A DNA stretch of 38,914 bases. Origin: an uncultured Candidatus Saccharibacteria bacterium. GTDB lineage: Bacteria > Patescibacteriota > Minisyncoccia > Minisyncoccales > UBA10102. Of this stretch, positions 9,227-17,923 are shown one piece after another. The notes below the pieces were generated by a model. The model saw only the letters and a program-made list of their open reading frames with translations, searched no databases and was not told where the DNA came from. The number at the start of each line of letters is the position of its first letter. Positions within the stretch are counted from its first letter, which is position 1. Both the position numbers and the translations under genes were made by a program. The stretch lies in NCBI GenBank assembly GCA_964471385.1, contig CAYYFJ010000001.1, positions 19,133-58,046 on the forward strand, given 5' to 3'.

Positions 9227-12200
9227 TCAGAGGCCCACTCTCTTCATAAAGGTAAATGTGTCTTCAAAGTTGCGTATGATAAGGTCAACCACGGACTGGC
9301 GGGGCTTTGGAGTGAGTATGGTGTATGCGGTGGAAAGAGAGGTGTTGCCCGAAGGGTCGGAAGATTGCGCCTTAAACTGGTACACCCTGCCCGTTTTGAA
9401 CGCCGTGGTAATCACAATATGCTCGGTGACAAGAGCCGGATCCTCGGGAGTGTGGAGCTTGAAGTCCTGATTGGGATTGACGCCCTCAATGTAGAACACC
9501 TGCGAAGTGGAAGGTTTGTTTGTTTTCCATGAAATAATGGTCTGGGCGGTTTCCACGCGCTCGGGAATAAGGGAGGAAGTGACTCTGACCTGCGAGATTA
9601 TCGGGGGCTCCGTGGAAGCGGCGGTGGAAAAAGGTAAAAGAGAGGAACTGGAAGAGTTGCCTTCTTCGTCTTCTGCGGTAAGGCGCAGAATATACGCGGA
9701 CGAGGGCTTGAGATTTTCCAGAGTGAAGCTGTGGTCTTTGAGGTAGCTCTTATCTTCCTGCAAAATTTTCTTTCCGGTGGCGGCGTCCGTCGTTTCAACG
9801 ATGGTCCTCGTGGGAAGATCTGTCTTCCATACGAGAGCAACTTTGTCTTCTTTAATCTCCCTGAACTCGGCGTCCACAATCTCGGGATTCAAAGAGGCAG
9901 TGGCAAAAGTGCGGTCTTCTAACTTTGCCATGGGGCCGATCTGACCCTGCGACTGAATCTGATAGTGATAGGTTGTCCCGGGATTTAAGCCTGTCAGGGT
10001 GACCAAATGCTGGGTTACCTGTTCGTCCGGGGTGCCGACAGTGGTGGCGTAGGAATTCTCTTTTGCGGGATTGTATTCTTTGTCTGGCGCAAATGCGATC
10101 AAAGAGTTTGATTTTTTGTCGGTGGACCAGCGCACCACGGCCGATCTCGGGCCCGCAGACACCTCAATGTCAGACCCGTTGATGCTTGGAGCCGAAACAA
10201 TCTTGGACGACGCTTCCCTGATAGAAGAGATAAATCGCTCCTCGTCAATACTGCGCACGGTCCATCGCGTGGGAAACGCCTCAATAAACTGGTCAATGAA
10301 TGTCTGGGACGCGCGCTTCACGAATTCCGAAACGCCGATGCTTTCCACGCTTTGCTCAATGTTCTGCACTTTCAGGGTAATGGGCGACTGGGGCTCAAAA
10401 ATGGGAATTTCTTTTGTGGTCGGCTTTGGCTCCTCTCGTTTGGCTTCCTCTTTCTTTGCTTCCTCTTTTTTCGGCTCTTCTTTCTTTGTTTCAGCTTTTG
10501 GAGTTTCGGGCGTTTTTTCTTCAGTTTTTGGAACAGCGGGAGCAGTGCCCTCCGTGGTAAAGGATTGTTCAGACGAAGAGCCGAGATTGCCCGCGGTATC
10601 CTTGCCCTGCACAACAAAGTAATACGCGGTGCCCGGAGCAAGATTTTGAAGAGTCACCGTGTGGGAAGAAACGGATTCAAACTGGCCCGTCGTAACAGCG
10701 TACGCGCCCTTGGAGGTTCCATATTTCACAAAGGAGTCTGCGTATTCTGACGTGTCCCATGTAAGTACGGCTGAATTCTGGGTTATGGAAGAAACTTTAA
10801 TGCTTGAAATAGCCGGAGCCGTGGTGTCCTGCACGTTGCCATAGACAATCGTGGTGGATCCTGAAGGGGCAGATGTTGCAAACGAATACTTCTGGCCCGA
10901 GTTGTCGGAAGTGGTGGAATTGTTGGAACGGTCTTTGGAGATGACCTGATAATAATACATGGTTGCCGCGGTCAAATTGCTCAAGGTGACGGAATGCTCG
11001 GTGGTGTAGTTCGTGTCTTCTGTGGTGGAAGTGCCCAAAGAAACCGTGATGCCGTACTCCACCTTGGAGTTTGCGTCTTCGTTTGTTGTCCACGTAATGG
11101 TGGCTCCTGTTTGGCTGGTCAGAGCCGCAGTAACAGAAGAAATGGAAGGAGCCGTGGTGTCCTCGGCAACCTGAACCGCTTGGGAAGGATTGGTGGTAAA
11201 TGTCAGGTCTTTGGAAACCGCGGTGTTGTTGTCAGAGTCGGTTGACCTGACCCTGAAATGATACGCAATGTCGCTCAAAAGATCGGCGGGCAGACTGACA
11301 GTGTGCGAAGTCACGGAATCAAACTTGCCTGCGGTTCTGCCGTATGAAGTGTCAAACCCAAATTCCACAATGGAGGAGGCGGATTTGTTCGTTGCCCAGG
11401 TGACGGTGGCTGTCTGGGTGGTTACGTCTTTGATTTCAATATTGGAAATCACAGGAGGCGTGGAGCTTGAAGCGCCTGTGCCGAATGTGAATCCGTTGCC
11501 TCCGTTGTTTGCCGTGCCAATGTTGCCCGCGGCATCCGTTGACTTCACCCTGTAATAATACTGGGTGGAAGGAGTAAGGCCCACAAGAGTAATGGAGTGC
11601 GATGTTGCCATGGTGGGAGTTCCTTGAGAGAGCAGGAAAGACCCCGCGGTGACGGAATATTCAATCAAAGAGTCTGAAAGCTCGCCCGTGCTCCATGTAA
11701 TGGCGACAGAGGTTGCGGTTGACTCTGATGTTGTAACCGAAGAAATGACGGGAGCCGTGGAGTCGGCCGACGAAGACGCGGTGGTAAATGTCTGGTCTGC
11801 TGAAAGCTTTTCATTGCCCGCAGAGTCAGTTGACCTGACCCTATAATGATAGGGGGTGTTGGCAGTAAGGTCGCGGGGCATAGCGACGGAATGAGACGTG
11901 ACAGCGTCATACTGGCCCGCCACTCTTCCGTACAAGGTTGTGGCGCCGAATTCAACAAATGACGACGCCGATTCGCTGGTGGTCCAAGTGATGGTTGCGG
12001 TGTTGACTCCCGGAGTTCCGGATGAAATTTCGGATATGGTCGGAGCCGTGGTGTCAGAAGAAGCCGCTGTGGTGACAAAACTGCTTTGCGAAGAAAGGCT
12101 GGTGTTTCCTGCGGCGTCTGTGGAACGGACGCGGTAATAGTAGGTGGTGGAAGCATTGAGCACGGCAGGAAGCGTGACAGAGTGTGAAGTGACAGAGTCA

Positions 12201-15200
12201 AAAAACCCATACACCCCGTCAGCTGAAGGCGAGGCAAATCCCGACGAAGCGGACCACAACACAAAAGAATCAGCAGACTCGCTGGTTGTCCATGTGATAA
12301 TTGCCTTCTTTGAAGTGGCTCCCGAAGAAGAAACCGAAGAAATGTTGGGAGCAGTGATGTCGGCTGACGCTGTGGTAAAGCTGGACGCAGAAGATGTGGT
12401 GCTGTTGGTGGAAGGGTCAATAGACCTGACTTTGAAGTTATACGCGGTGTTGGGAGCTAATCCGACCAAAGTGACGGAGTGCGAAGTGACATACGAAGTC
12501 AGCCCTTGCGTGGAGGAATACGAGGTGTCTGTTGAATACAACACGGTGGAATCTGAAAGCTCGTCCGTGGTCCATGTTACGGTGACAGATGAAGTGTTGG
12601 GCGTGCCTGCCGCAACGGAAGATATCGCGGGTCCCGTGGCGTCAGACCCTCCTCCGCCCTCTCCGGCGTCCTGCGTGCCGTTGGCTTTTGCGCTAATGGA
12701 GAAGGAAAGGTAAGAAATGTCATCGTTGTTGTCCTGCGTGGAGATCTTGTAATAGTACAGAGTGTTAAGCACGGTGGAAGAATCGGCGTACGAGTTGGTG
12801 TTGATATTGGTAATGGTGGCAATGGAAGAAAAGCTTGTGCCGTCAGTTGACCTCATCACATTGTACTGCTTGAACGCGGCGGACGGAGGAGTCGCCGCGA
12901 CCTTCCAGGCAACGAACAACCGGTAATCCGCGGGAGATACTCTTGTGTTGGAAGTATCCTGAACCATGAGGGCTGTGGGAGTTTCAGGCGTGGTGGCGGA
13001 AACTGTGGTTGTGGTGTTGCCCCGCGCGTCGTAGAACTTCGCGTACACGACATCAGGGTCGGTTGCCAAGGCAAGAGTGGCGGAAGACGCGTATGAAACC
13101 TGCGACGCCCCCGCAAGATCCGAGTTGACGCTGACTTTCATTTGCAGTGCCGTGTCGTCCGTCGCAGAAAGCGTGACGCCAGCCGGGCTTGTGGTCGCAT
13201 CCACCGCAATGGAAGGAGAGCCAAGCGCCGGGTCTTTGGTGTCAAAACTAAAGCTTGCGGAGTCCGCGTTTCCGATGTTTTCAGATCCGTTGCCGTCATC
13301 CGCCACCACGCGCGTTACAGCGGTTGCCGAGTAAAAGCCGTCCACGTCCGACTTTGCGGTCCACACGATTGATTTGCCCGTCCCGTTCGTGATTGACGCG
13401 CCCGCGTTTCCCGAGACTGTCGCGGCTTTAATGTATATGGCGGTTCCCGAGTTGTGCGCCGCCGCGGTTGTGTTTGACACTCCGCGAGCTATGGTTCCCT
13501 GAAGGTCATTGCCCGATTTTGAGGTATAGGTGATGATCTCGCTTTCAATCATCAAGGTTCCGGAAGACGGGAAAAGCGACGAGCTGGAAACCGTGATCGC
13601 TGTGGTGTCGTTTGATGTCAAAGACTCGTTCACTGTGGCAAGAGACTTGTAATACAAAGACACTGTGGTTGAAGACTGCACGGCGTCTGTCACGTCATAG
13701 CCGACTGTTACCGCGCCGGCTGAACTCTGCGATGCCGTCACATTGGAAACCGTTGGAGGCGAGGTTTTGGTAATGGTGTCGCTCACCGTGCTTGAGGTGT
13801 TTCCCTTCGCATCTTTGAACTGCACGTACACAGTCTTGGTGCCGTCTCCCGCAGTAAGGGTCCATGAGGCAACAGATGTGTTGAATGTGATCCAGTTGCC
13901 AGAGTCGTTGTTCAGACCGTCCGCGGCAAGGCCGCTGTCGTTTGAAATCTTCATCTGCCCCGACACGCCAGAACTCATGTTGTCATCCGTCGCGGCAAGC
14001 GTAAGCGCGACGGTAAACGAAGTGGTGGTTGCGGCGGCCGCGGCGATTGAAATGGAAACGCTCGCGGGATTTTTGGTGTCCAGTGCGTAGTTCGCCGATG
14101 TCGCGCTTCCAACTTGGTTCGCAGACGCGCCATCGTTTGCCGCAACCCTCACGGTCGCGGTTGCAGAATAATATCCGTCAAGATCGGTTTTGGCTGTCCA
14201 TGTAATACTCTTGCCTGTGCCATTTGCGACCGAGCCGGTCGAGCCGGAGACGGTCACGGCTTTTATCCAGATCGTTGCGCCGCTACTATGCGCCGCGGCA
14301 AGCGTGTTTGACGCGCCCCGCGTTATTGTTCCGGCAAGATCGTTTCCGCTCACCGAGGTATAGTTGATTTGTTCGTCGTCAATAAAGACGGTTCCCGACG
14401 ACGGGATATTTGTTGCCGCGGAAAGCGTGATCGCCGTGGTATCAGAGTTTGAGAGCGACTCGTTAAGCGTTACGCCGACCTGATAAAGGAGGGTGACCGT
14501 CGTAGAGGAAGATTCATTATCGGTGACATCGTAGCCCACCGTAACGGTTCCGTTCGATCCCTGCGAAGCGGTGAGGTTGGAGACAGTGGGAGGAGAGTTA
14601 ACGAACGTAAACGATAATGACTGCGGAGGATCCTCGGTGAGCGTCCCCGAAAAACCTCCCGTATTCTTCGCGCGCGAGCGGATCTGATAAGTATGGTTCA
14701 ATGTCCAAGCGACAGAAGACGTACTGTACGACCATGTCGCGGTTCCGGTTGCAGCGATCCAGTTCTCTGATGTCTGATCAAAAGAATTATTTGAAGAGTT
14801 GTACCACTTGTTGACCGAAACATCAGTGTCTTTGATGGAAATCTCAACACTCGTCATGGGCCCTGATCCTGTTCCTCGGAGCGCGGTCACGCTGTACGGC
14901 TCCTGCGGGCTTGCCGCGGCTCCCGCGACGGTACAGCTGTTTCCAGTTGCACTACATATGGCAGTAATCGCTGAAGATGGCGGATATTCATAAAGAGTAC
15001 CCGCAGCACCGGCATTCGCTCCACTTCCTCCAGTTTTAGTCACAGAACCGGTAAAGGTGCTGCCCCCTGTAATATTAAGAGCGATCCTCCCTCCTCCTCC
15101 GCCGCCGCCATGACTATCGCCACCTCCACCATTCGCGGTAATAGAACCGGCTCCGGCAAGCGTGCCAGCTTGAATCCAGACGGAACCGCCCGATCCTCCG

Positions 15201-17752
15201 CCGCCGTCACGTGCCGAATTGTTAACATTAAATTGTCCATCACTACCATTTGCCACAATAGAACCAGACAAAGTTAATGTCCCTGTGATGATCAATTTAA
15301 CGGCTCCTCCCCCCGCTCCTCCAGTAGCATCGTACCCTCCTCCTCCTCCAGAACCAAGCGCAGTGGGCTGAGTGTTTGATCCATGCGTAATTCCTCCGCC
15401 CCCGACAGATCCATTACCTCCGGCCCCCCCATACCCTCCTCCCCCTCCTCCTCCAGAACTGCCCGCTCCGCTTCCTCCTCCTGTGCCGGATCCATTACTA
15501 GTACCTGTTGCAGCACCGGCGCTGCCTCTACCGTTAAGGCCAATGGAACCGGTAATGGTTGCATTTCCGCTTGCGTTGATCACTAATGCGGTTCCAGTGG
15601 CAGGATGAGAAAGAGTTCCACCGGAGTTAATGGTAAATGTGGTGGTCGTGATTGTTCCGCTATTGTAATTTACAAAATTGCTGATAGTAACGCTGTCAAA
15701 TGTCGCCGCGGAAATATTGTCAGCATTCGCAACTGCGCTGTCGTTCGCGTTGCTGTCCCAAATCAAGTCTCCATTTGTTTGTGAAGCAGACTTTTTGAGC
15801 ACGGTTCCGGGGCCTCCGCGCCGATTTCCAGTTCCTCCGTACGCAGTGGGAGTAATGGAAGAAGAATCAGTTGTATAATGAACTGCAATTCTTCCTCCCG
15901 CTCCACCCCCTCCATGGGTATCTCCGTTTCCACCACTCGCGGTAATGGAACCGGCTCCCGCAAACGTGCCCGTCTGAATCCAGACGGAACCGCCCGATCC
16001 TCCGCCGCCGTCTCGGGCTTCATAACCAGATGCATTTACATCTCCATTATTACCATTAGCTGTAATGGAGCCCGAGACAGTAAGTGTTCCCGAAACAATG
16101 AATTTTACAGCTCCTCCGCCTGATCCGCCACTACCGTCGTACCCTCCTCCTCCTCCAGAACCAAGAGCGGTGGGCTGAGTGTTTGATCCATGCGTAGCCC
16201 CTCCCCCCCCTACAGCTCCACTGCCTCCGGATCCTCCATATCCTCCTCCCCCGCCTCCTCCAGAACTGCCCGCTCCACTTCCTCCTCCTGCGCCGGTTCC
16301 ATTACTTGTACCTGATCCACCGGCGCTGCCCTTTCCATTCACGTTGATAGAACCTCCCGATTGCACATCAAGCGTAACGGCAGTTAAAGAAGTCAAATTT
16401 CCGCTAATGGTTCCCCCTGATTGAATGGTCACTGTTGAAGAGCCGCCGGACATATTGACGGTAAATGCGTTCGTGCCGGAAGCGGTGATTGTGCCCCCGT
16501 TCGCAACGGTAATATTGCCCGTGCCGGAAATGGTGTCTCCGTTGTTCATAGTGTTGCTGGAAGAGACCGTGCAGGTGTCGTTGAGCGTTCCCGTGTTGCA
16601 GGCAAAGTTGTGCGCCTTGGCGTTTTCCGTCTCGCCGAACGATAAGGCGATCCAATGCCTGCCGGAGCTCACCGCAGTGTTTCTGATTTTTGAGGTTTTG
16701 CCATCGCACGAGTAGCCGGGAACGGTCAGCGTGTCAGAATCCATCCAATCAATTTGGCTGTTTGGCACTTGGTTTTCACCGCAAAAAATTCCTTCAAAAC
16801 TGATGTCATCCGGGTAATGGGTGCCGTCAGCCGCCTGAATTTTTAAGTCGGACTGCGAGAATGTCCTGAAACTCGTTTCCCAGTAATCTCCCGTTGTAAG
16901 GTTTGACTCAACATTCAAAATCTCAAGATAGGCGCCGGCAAGTGCGGAAAAGTGGGAGGTTGAAAACGCGATGGAATTTCCTTTGTCTTTGGGAGCGGCG
17001 GAAGCAACCTCCCACTCATCGCAAGAGGAAGTTTCCTGATTGAATTTTTCAGTCGGACAGGAAAGCACCGCATTTACTTTTTCTTCGGGAGAAATCTTTT
17101 GAAGAGAAATGTCTGCCTGTTTGAAAGACAAAGCTCTGTCGTCAACAAAAACAATTTTTGTTTTAATCTGTTTGTCTTTTTTTGCGTCTGGGTTTGAGAG
17201 CTGGACTGAAAGCGGCTGGGACGGCTGGGAAGAAAGCCCCTTGATTTCAAGGCCCACAAAATTGTTCTGAACTTTCAATTGGTATGTCTTCGTTTTCTTC
17301 TCTTCATACAAAGACCCGAAAAGAAATTCATTGGAATTTGCTTCGCGATCCGCAATCTTCACGGGAACCTGCGCGGTGTACACAAGCGCGGGTTCTGACG
17401 GCTTTTGAATAAAAGAGATAAATTGAGAAAACAAAAAAATCCCCATCGCCAGCGACGGAATCACGATAAAAGAAAAAAGAGAAACGGCCGCTATACAGTC
17501 TCTAAAGCTCCGTCTCCAAAGAAACGGGGTTTCCAAAACAGCTTGACCGCTCTTGCGGCTTGCAGTGTTCTTATAGTTTCTTGTTCTCAATCCCGAGCTT
17601 TGCCGAGAGGGTAAGGGAAGATGATGGTTTGCGTGGCTTGCGCCGGCGCGCGAACTCAAAACGGACCTCTTCTTGGTCTTTCTTTTTTTTGATTTCAGCT
17701 GAACAGGTTTCTTGAGAGACAAAATAATTTTCGCCTTTCCTGGCATATTCAT
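9227..17752 (-). CDS. Giant (2841 aa) N-terminally anchored surface protein with glycine-rich modules, two 150-aa repeats, at least 10 FN3/purple-acid-phosphatase-N-like repeats and a K/E-rich linker
   Basis: Uninterrupted 8.5-kb ORF. Basic N-terminus plus a TM helix (CIAAVSLFSFIVIPSLAMGIFLF). Repeated pattern (A/P)P.IS.....T....A.ITW.T.E.A.S.V.Y......Y.......TSHSVTL..L...T.YYYRV.S.D..GN. The second ATG lies 6 nt downstream at 17744-17746. Confidence 0.88.
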   Translation of the reverse strand: MNMPGKAKIILSLKKPVQLKSKKRKTKKRSVLSSRAGASHANHHLPLPSRQSSGLRTRNYKNTASRKSGQAVLETPFLWRRSFRDCIAAVSLFSFIVIPSLAMGIFLFSQFISFIQKPSEPALVYTAQVPVKIADREANSNEFLFGSLYEEKKTKTYQLKVQNNFVGLEIKGLSSQPSQPLSVQLSNPDAKKDKQIKTKIVFVDDRALSFKQADISLQKISPEEKVNAVLSCPTEKFNQETSSCDEWEVASAAPKDKGNSIAFSTSHFSALAGAYLEILNVESNLTTGDYWETSFRTFSQSDLKIQAADGTHYPDDISFEGIFCGENQVPNSQIDWMDSDTLTVPGYSCDGKTSKIRNTAVSSGRHWIALSFGETENAKAHNFACNTGTLNDTCTVSSSNTMNNGDTISGTGNITVANGGTITASGTNAFTVNMSGGSSTVTIQSGGTISGNLTSLTAVTLDVQSGGSINVNGKGSAGGSGTSNGTGAGGGSGAGSSGGGGGGGYGGSGGSGAVGGGGATHGSNTQPTALGSGGGGGYDGSGGSGGGAVKFIVSGTLTVSGSITANGNNGDVNASGYEARDGGGGSGGSVWIQTGTFAGAGSITASGGNGDTHGGGGAGGRIAVHYTTDSSSITPTAYGGTGNRRGGPGTVLKKSASQTNGDLIWDSNANDSAVANADNISAATFDSVTISNFVNYNSGTITTTTFTINSGGTLSHPATGTALVINASGNATITGSIGLNGRGSAGAATGTSNGSGTGGGSGAGSSGGGGGGGYGGAGGNGSVGGGGITHGSNTQPTALGSGGGGGYDATGGAGGGAVKLIITGTLTLSGSIVANGSDGQFNVNNSARDGGGGSGGSVWIQAGTLAGAGSITANGGGGDSHGGGGGGGRIALNITGGSTFTGSVTKTGGSGANAGAAGTLYEYPPSSAITAICSATGNSCTVAGAAASPQEPYSVTALRGTGSGPMTSVEISIKDTDVSVNKWYNSSNNSFDQTSENWIAATGTATWSYSTSSVAWTLNHTYQIRSRAKNTGGFSGTLTEDPPQSLSFTFVNSPPTVSNLTASQGSNGTVTVGYDVTDNESSSTTVTLLYQVGVTLNESLSNSDTTAITLSAATNIPSSGTVFIDDEQINYTSVSGNDLAGTITRGASNTLAAAHSSGATIWIKAVTVSGSTGSVANGTGKSITWTAKTDLDGYYSATATVRVAANDGASANQVGSATSANYALDTKNPASVSISIAAAAATTTSFTVALTLAATDDNMSSGVSGQMKISNDSGLAADGLNNDSGNWITFNTSVASWTLTAGDGTKTVYVQFKDAKGNTSSTVSDTITKTSPPTVSNVTASQSSAGAVTVGYDVTDAVQSSTTVSLYYKSLATVNESLTSNDTTAITVSSSSLFPSSGTLMIESEIITYTSKSGNDLQGTIARGVSNTTAAAHNSGTAIYIKAATVSGNAGASITNGTGKSIVWTAKSDVDGFYSATAVTRVVADDGNGSENIGNADSASFSFDTKDPALGSPSIAVDATTSPAGVTLSATDDTALQMKVSVNSDLAGASQVSYASSATLALATDPDVVYAKFYDARGNTTTTVSATTPETPTALMVQDTSNTRVSPADYRLFVAWKVAATPPSAAFKQYNVMRSTDGTSFSSIATITNINTNSYADSSTVLNTLYYYKISTQDNNDDISYLSFSISAKANGTQDAGEGGGGSDATGPAISSVAAGTPNTSSVTVTWTTDELSDSTVLYSTDTSYSSTQGLTSYVTSHSVTLVGLAPNTAYNFKVRSIDPSTNSTTSSASSFTTASADITAPNISSVSSSGATSKKAIITWTTSESADSFVLWSASSGFASPSADGVYGFFDSVTSHSVTLPAVLNASTTYYYRVRSTDAAGNTSLSSQSSFVTTAASSDTTAPTISEISSGTPGVNTATITWTTSESASSFVEFGATTLYGRVAGQYDAVTSHSVAMPRDLTANTPYHYRVRSTDSAGNEKLSADQTFTTASSSADSTAPVISSVTTSESTATSVAITWSTGELSDSLIEYSVTAGSFLLSQGTPTMATSHSITLVGLTPSTQYYYRVKSTDAAGNIGTANNGGNGFTFGTGASSSTPPVISNIEIKDVTTQTATVTWATNKSASSIVEFGFDTSYGRTAGKFDSVTSHTVSLPADLLSDIAYHFRVRSTDSDNNTAVSKDLTFTTNPSQAVQVAEDTTAPSISSVTAALTSQTGATITWTTNEDANSKVEYGITVSLGTSTTEDTNYTTEHSVTLSNLTAATMYYYQVISKDRSNNSTTSDNSGQKYSFATSAPSGSTTIVYGNVQDTTAPAISSIKVSSITQNSAVLTWDTSEYADSFVKYGTSKGAYAVTTGQFESVSSHTVTLQNLAPGTAYYFVVQGKDTAGNLGSSSEQSFTTEGTAPAVPKTEEKTPETPKAETKKEEPKKEEAKKEEAKREEPKPTTKEIPIFEPQSPITLKVQNIEQSVESIGVSEFVKRASQTFIDQFIEAFPTRWTVRSIDEERFISSIREASSKIVSAPSINGSDIEVSAGPRSAVVRWSTDKKSNSLIAFAPDKEYNPAKENSYATTVGTPDEQVTQHLVTLTGLNPGTTYHYQIQSQGQIGPMAKLEDRTFATASLNPEIVDAEFREIKEDKVALVWKTDLPTRTIVETTDAATGKKILQEDKSYLKDHSFTLENLKPSSAYILRLTAEDEEGNSSSSSLLPFSTAASTEPPIISQVRVTSSLIPERVETAQTIISWKTNKPSTSQVFYIEGVNPNQDFKLHTPEDPALVTEHIVITTAFKTGRVYQFKAQSSDPSGNTSLSTAYTILTPKPRQSVVDLIIRNFEDTFTFMKRVGL
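9305..12645 (-). repeat. Intragenic array of FN3-like units of about 90-95 aa (7 units at about 10545-12645, K/E-rich linker at about 10395-10540, 3 divergent units at about 9305-10195)
   Basis: Periodicity read from the translated protein. Boundaries are approximate, within about 30 nt. Confidence 0.65.
13290..14600 (-). repeat. Intragenic duplication: two modules beginning PPTVSN(L/V)TASQ...TV(T/S)L(L/Y)Y... (about 14130-14600 and about 13290-13765)
   Basis: The two protein segments align residue by residue over about 150 aa (for example GTITRGASNTLAAAHSSGATIWIKA against GTIARGVSNTTAAAHNSGTAIYIKA). Spacing is about 835 nt. Confidence 0.7.
15066..16349 (-). repeat. Intragenic duplication of a glycine-rich module (about 15066-15547 and about 15874-16349)
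   Basis: The DNA segments ggctgagtgtttgatccatgcgta...cctcctccagaactgcccgctcc... recur about 805 nt apart. Proteins: GSAG.SGTSNG.G.GGGSGAGSSGGGGGGGYGG.GG.G.VGGGG.THGSNTQPTALGSGGGGGYD..GG.GGGAVK.I..GTLT.SGSI.ANG...ARDGGGGSGGSVWIQ.GT.AGAGSITA.GG.GD.HGGG..GGRIA. Confidence 0.8.
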
Positions 17753-17754
17753 TT

Positions 17755-17783
17755 ATTATATAAGAGCCAAGAGACCTAATCAA
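17755..17783 (-). promoter_or_regulatory. Candidate promoter of the giant-gene operon (TTGATT-N17-TATAAT), with the -10 only 2 nt from the first ATG
   Basis: Minus strand reads TTGATTaggtctcttggctcttaTATAATaaATGaatATG. The geometry implies that transcription starts at or near the second ATG (17744-17746). Confidence 0.45.
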
Positions 17784-17923
17784 TGTGCATAACTGTGGAT
17801 AACTCAAACTTCTTGTAATAGTACAAAAATGAGCATACTCCCCTTTGTAAACTGCAAAACATATTGCATAATTTTGCAAATTATGTCATGGTATCAACAG
17901 CACAAATTGAGGAGGGAAAGAAG

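Noticed and set aside
11665-12420. 251-aa minus-strand ORF in an alternative frame within the giant gene
   Set aside because: Its Pro/Leu/Arg/Ser-rich low-complexity translation is typical of an off-frame reading of Ser/Thr-rich repeats. It is fully nested in the 2841-aa ORF.
15372-16424. Proline-rich plus-strand ORFs (15372-15608, 15383-15586, 16179-16424) antisense to the giant gene
   Set aside because: They are the reverse-complement reading of GGN-rich glycine codons (CCN = Pro). They have no independent start or SD context and lie entirely within a long, well-supported ORF.
17801-17809. Perfect DnaA-box consensus (TGTGGATAA = TTATCCACA) in the divergent promoter region, a possible oriC
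   Set aside because: It is a single box, and roughly 0.3 chance matches are expected in 39 kb on both strands. There is no cluster of boxes, no AT-rich unwinding element and no dnaA or dnaN nearby. A near-match at about 33503 is also isolated.
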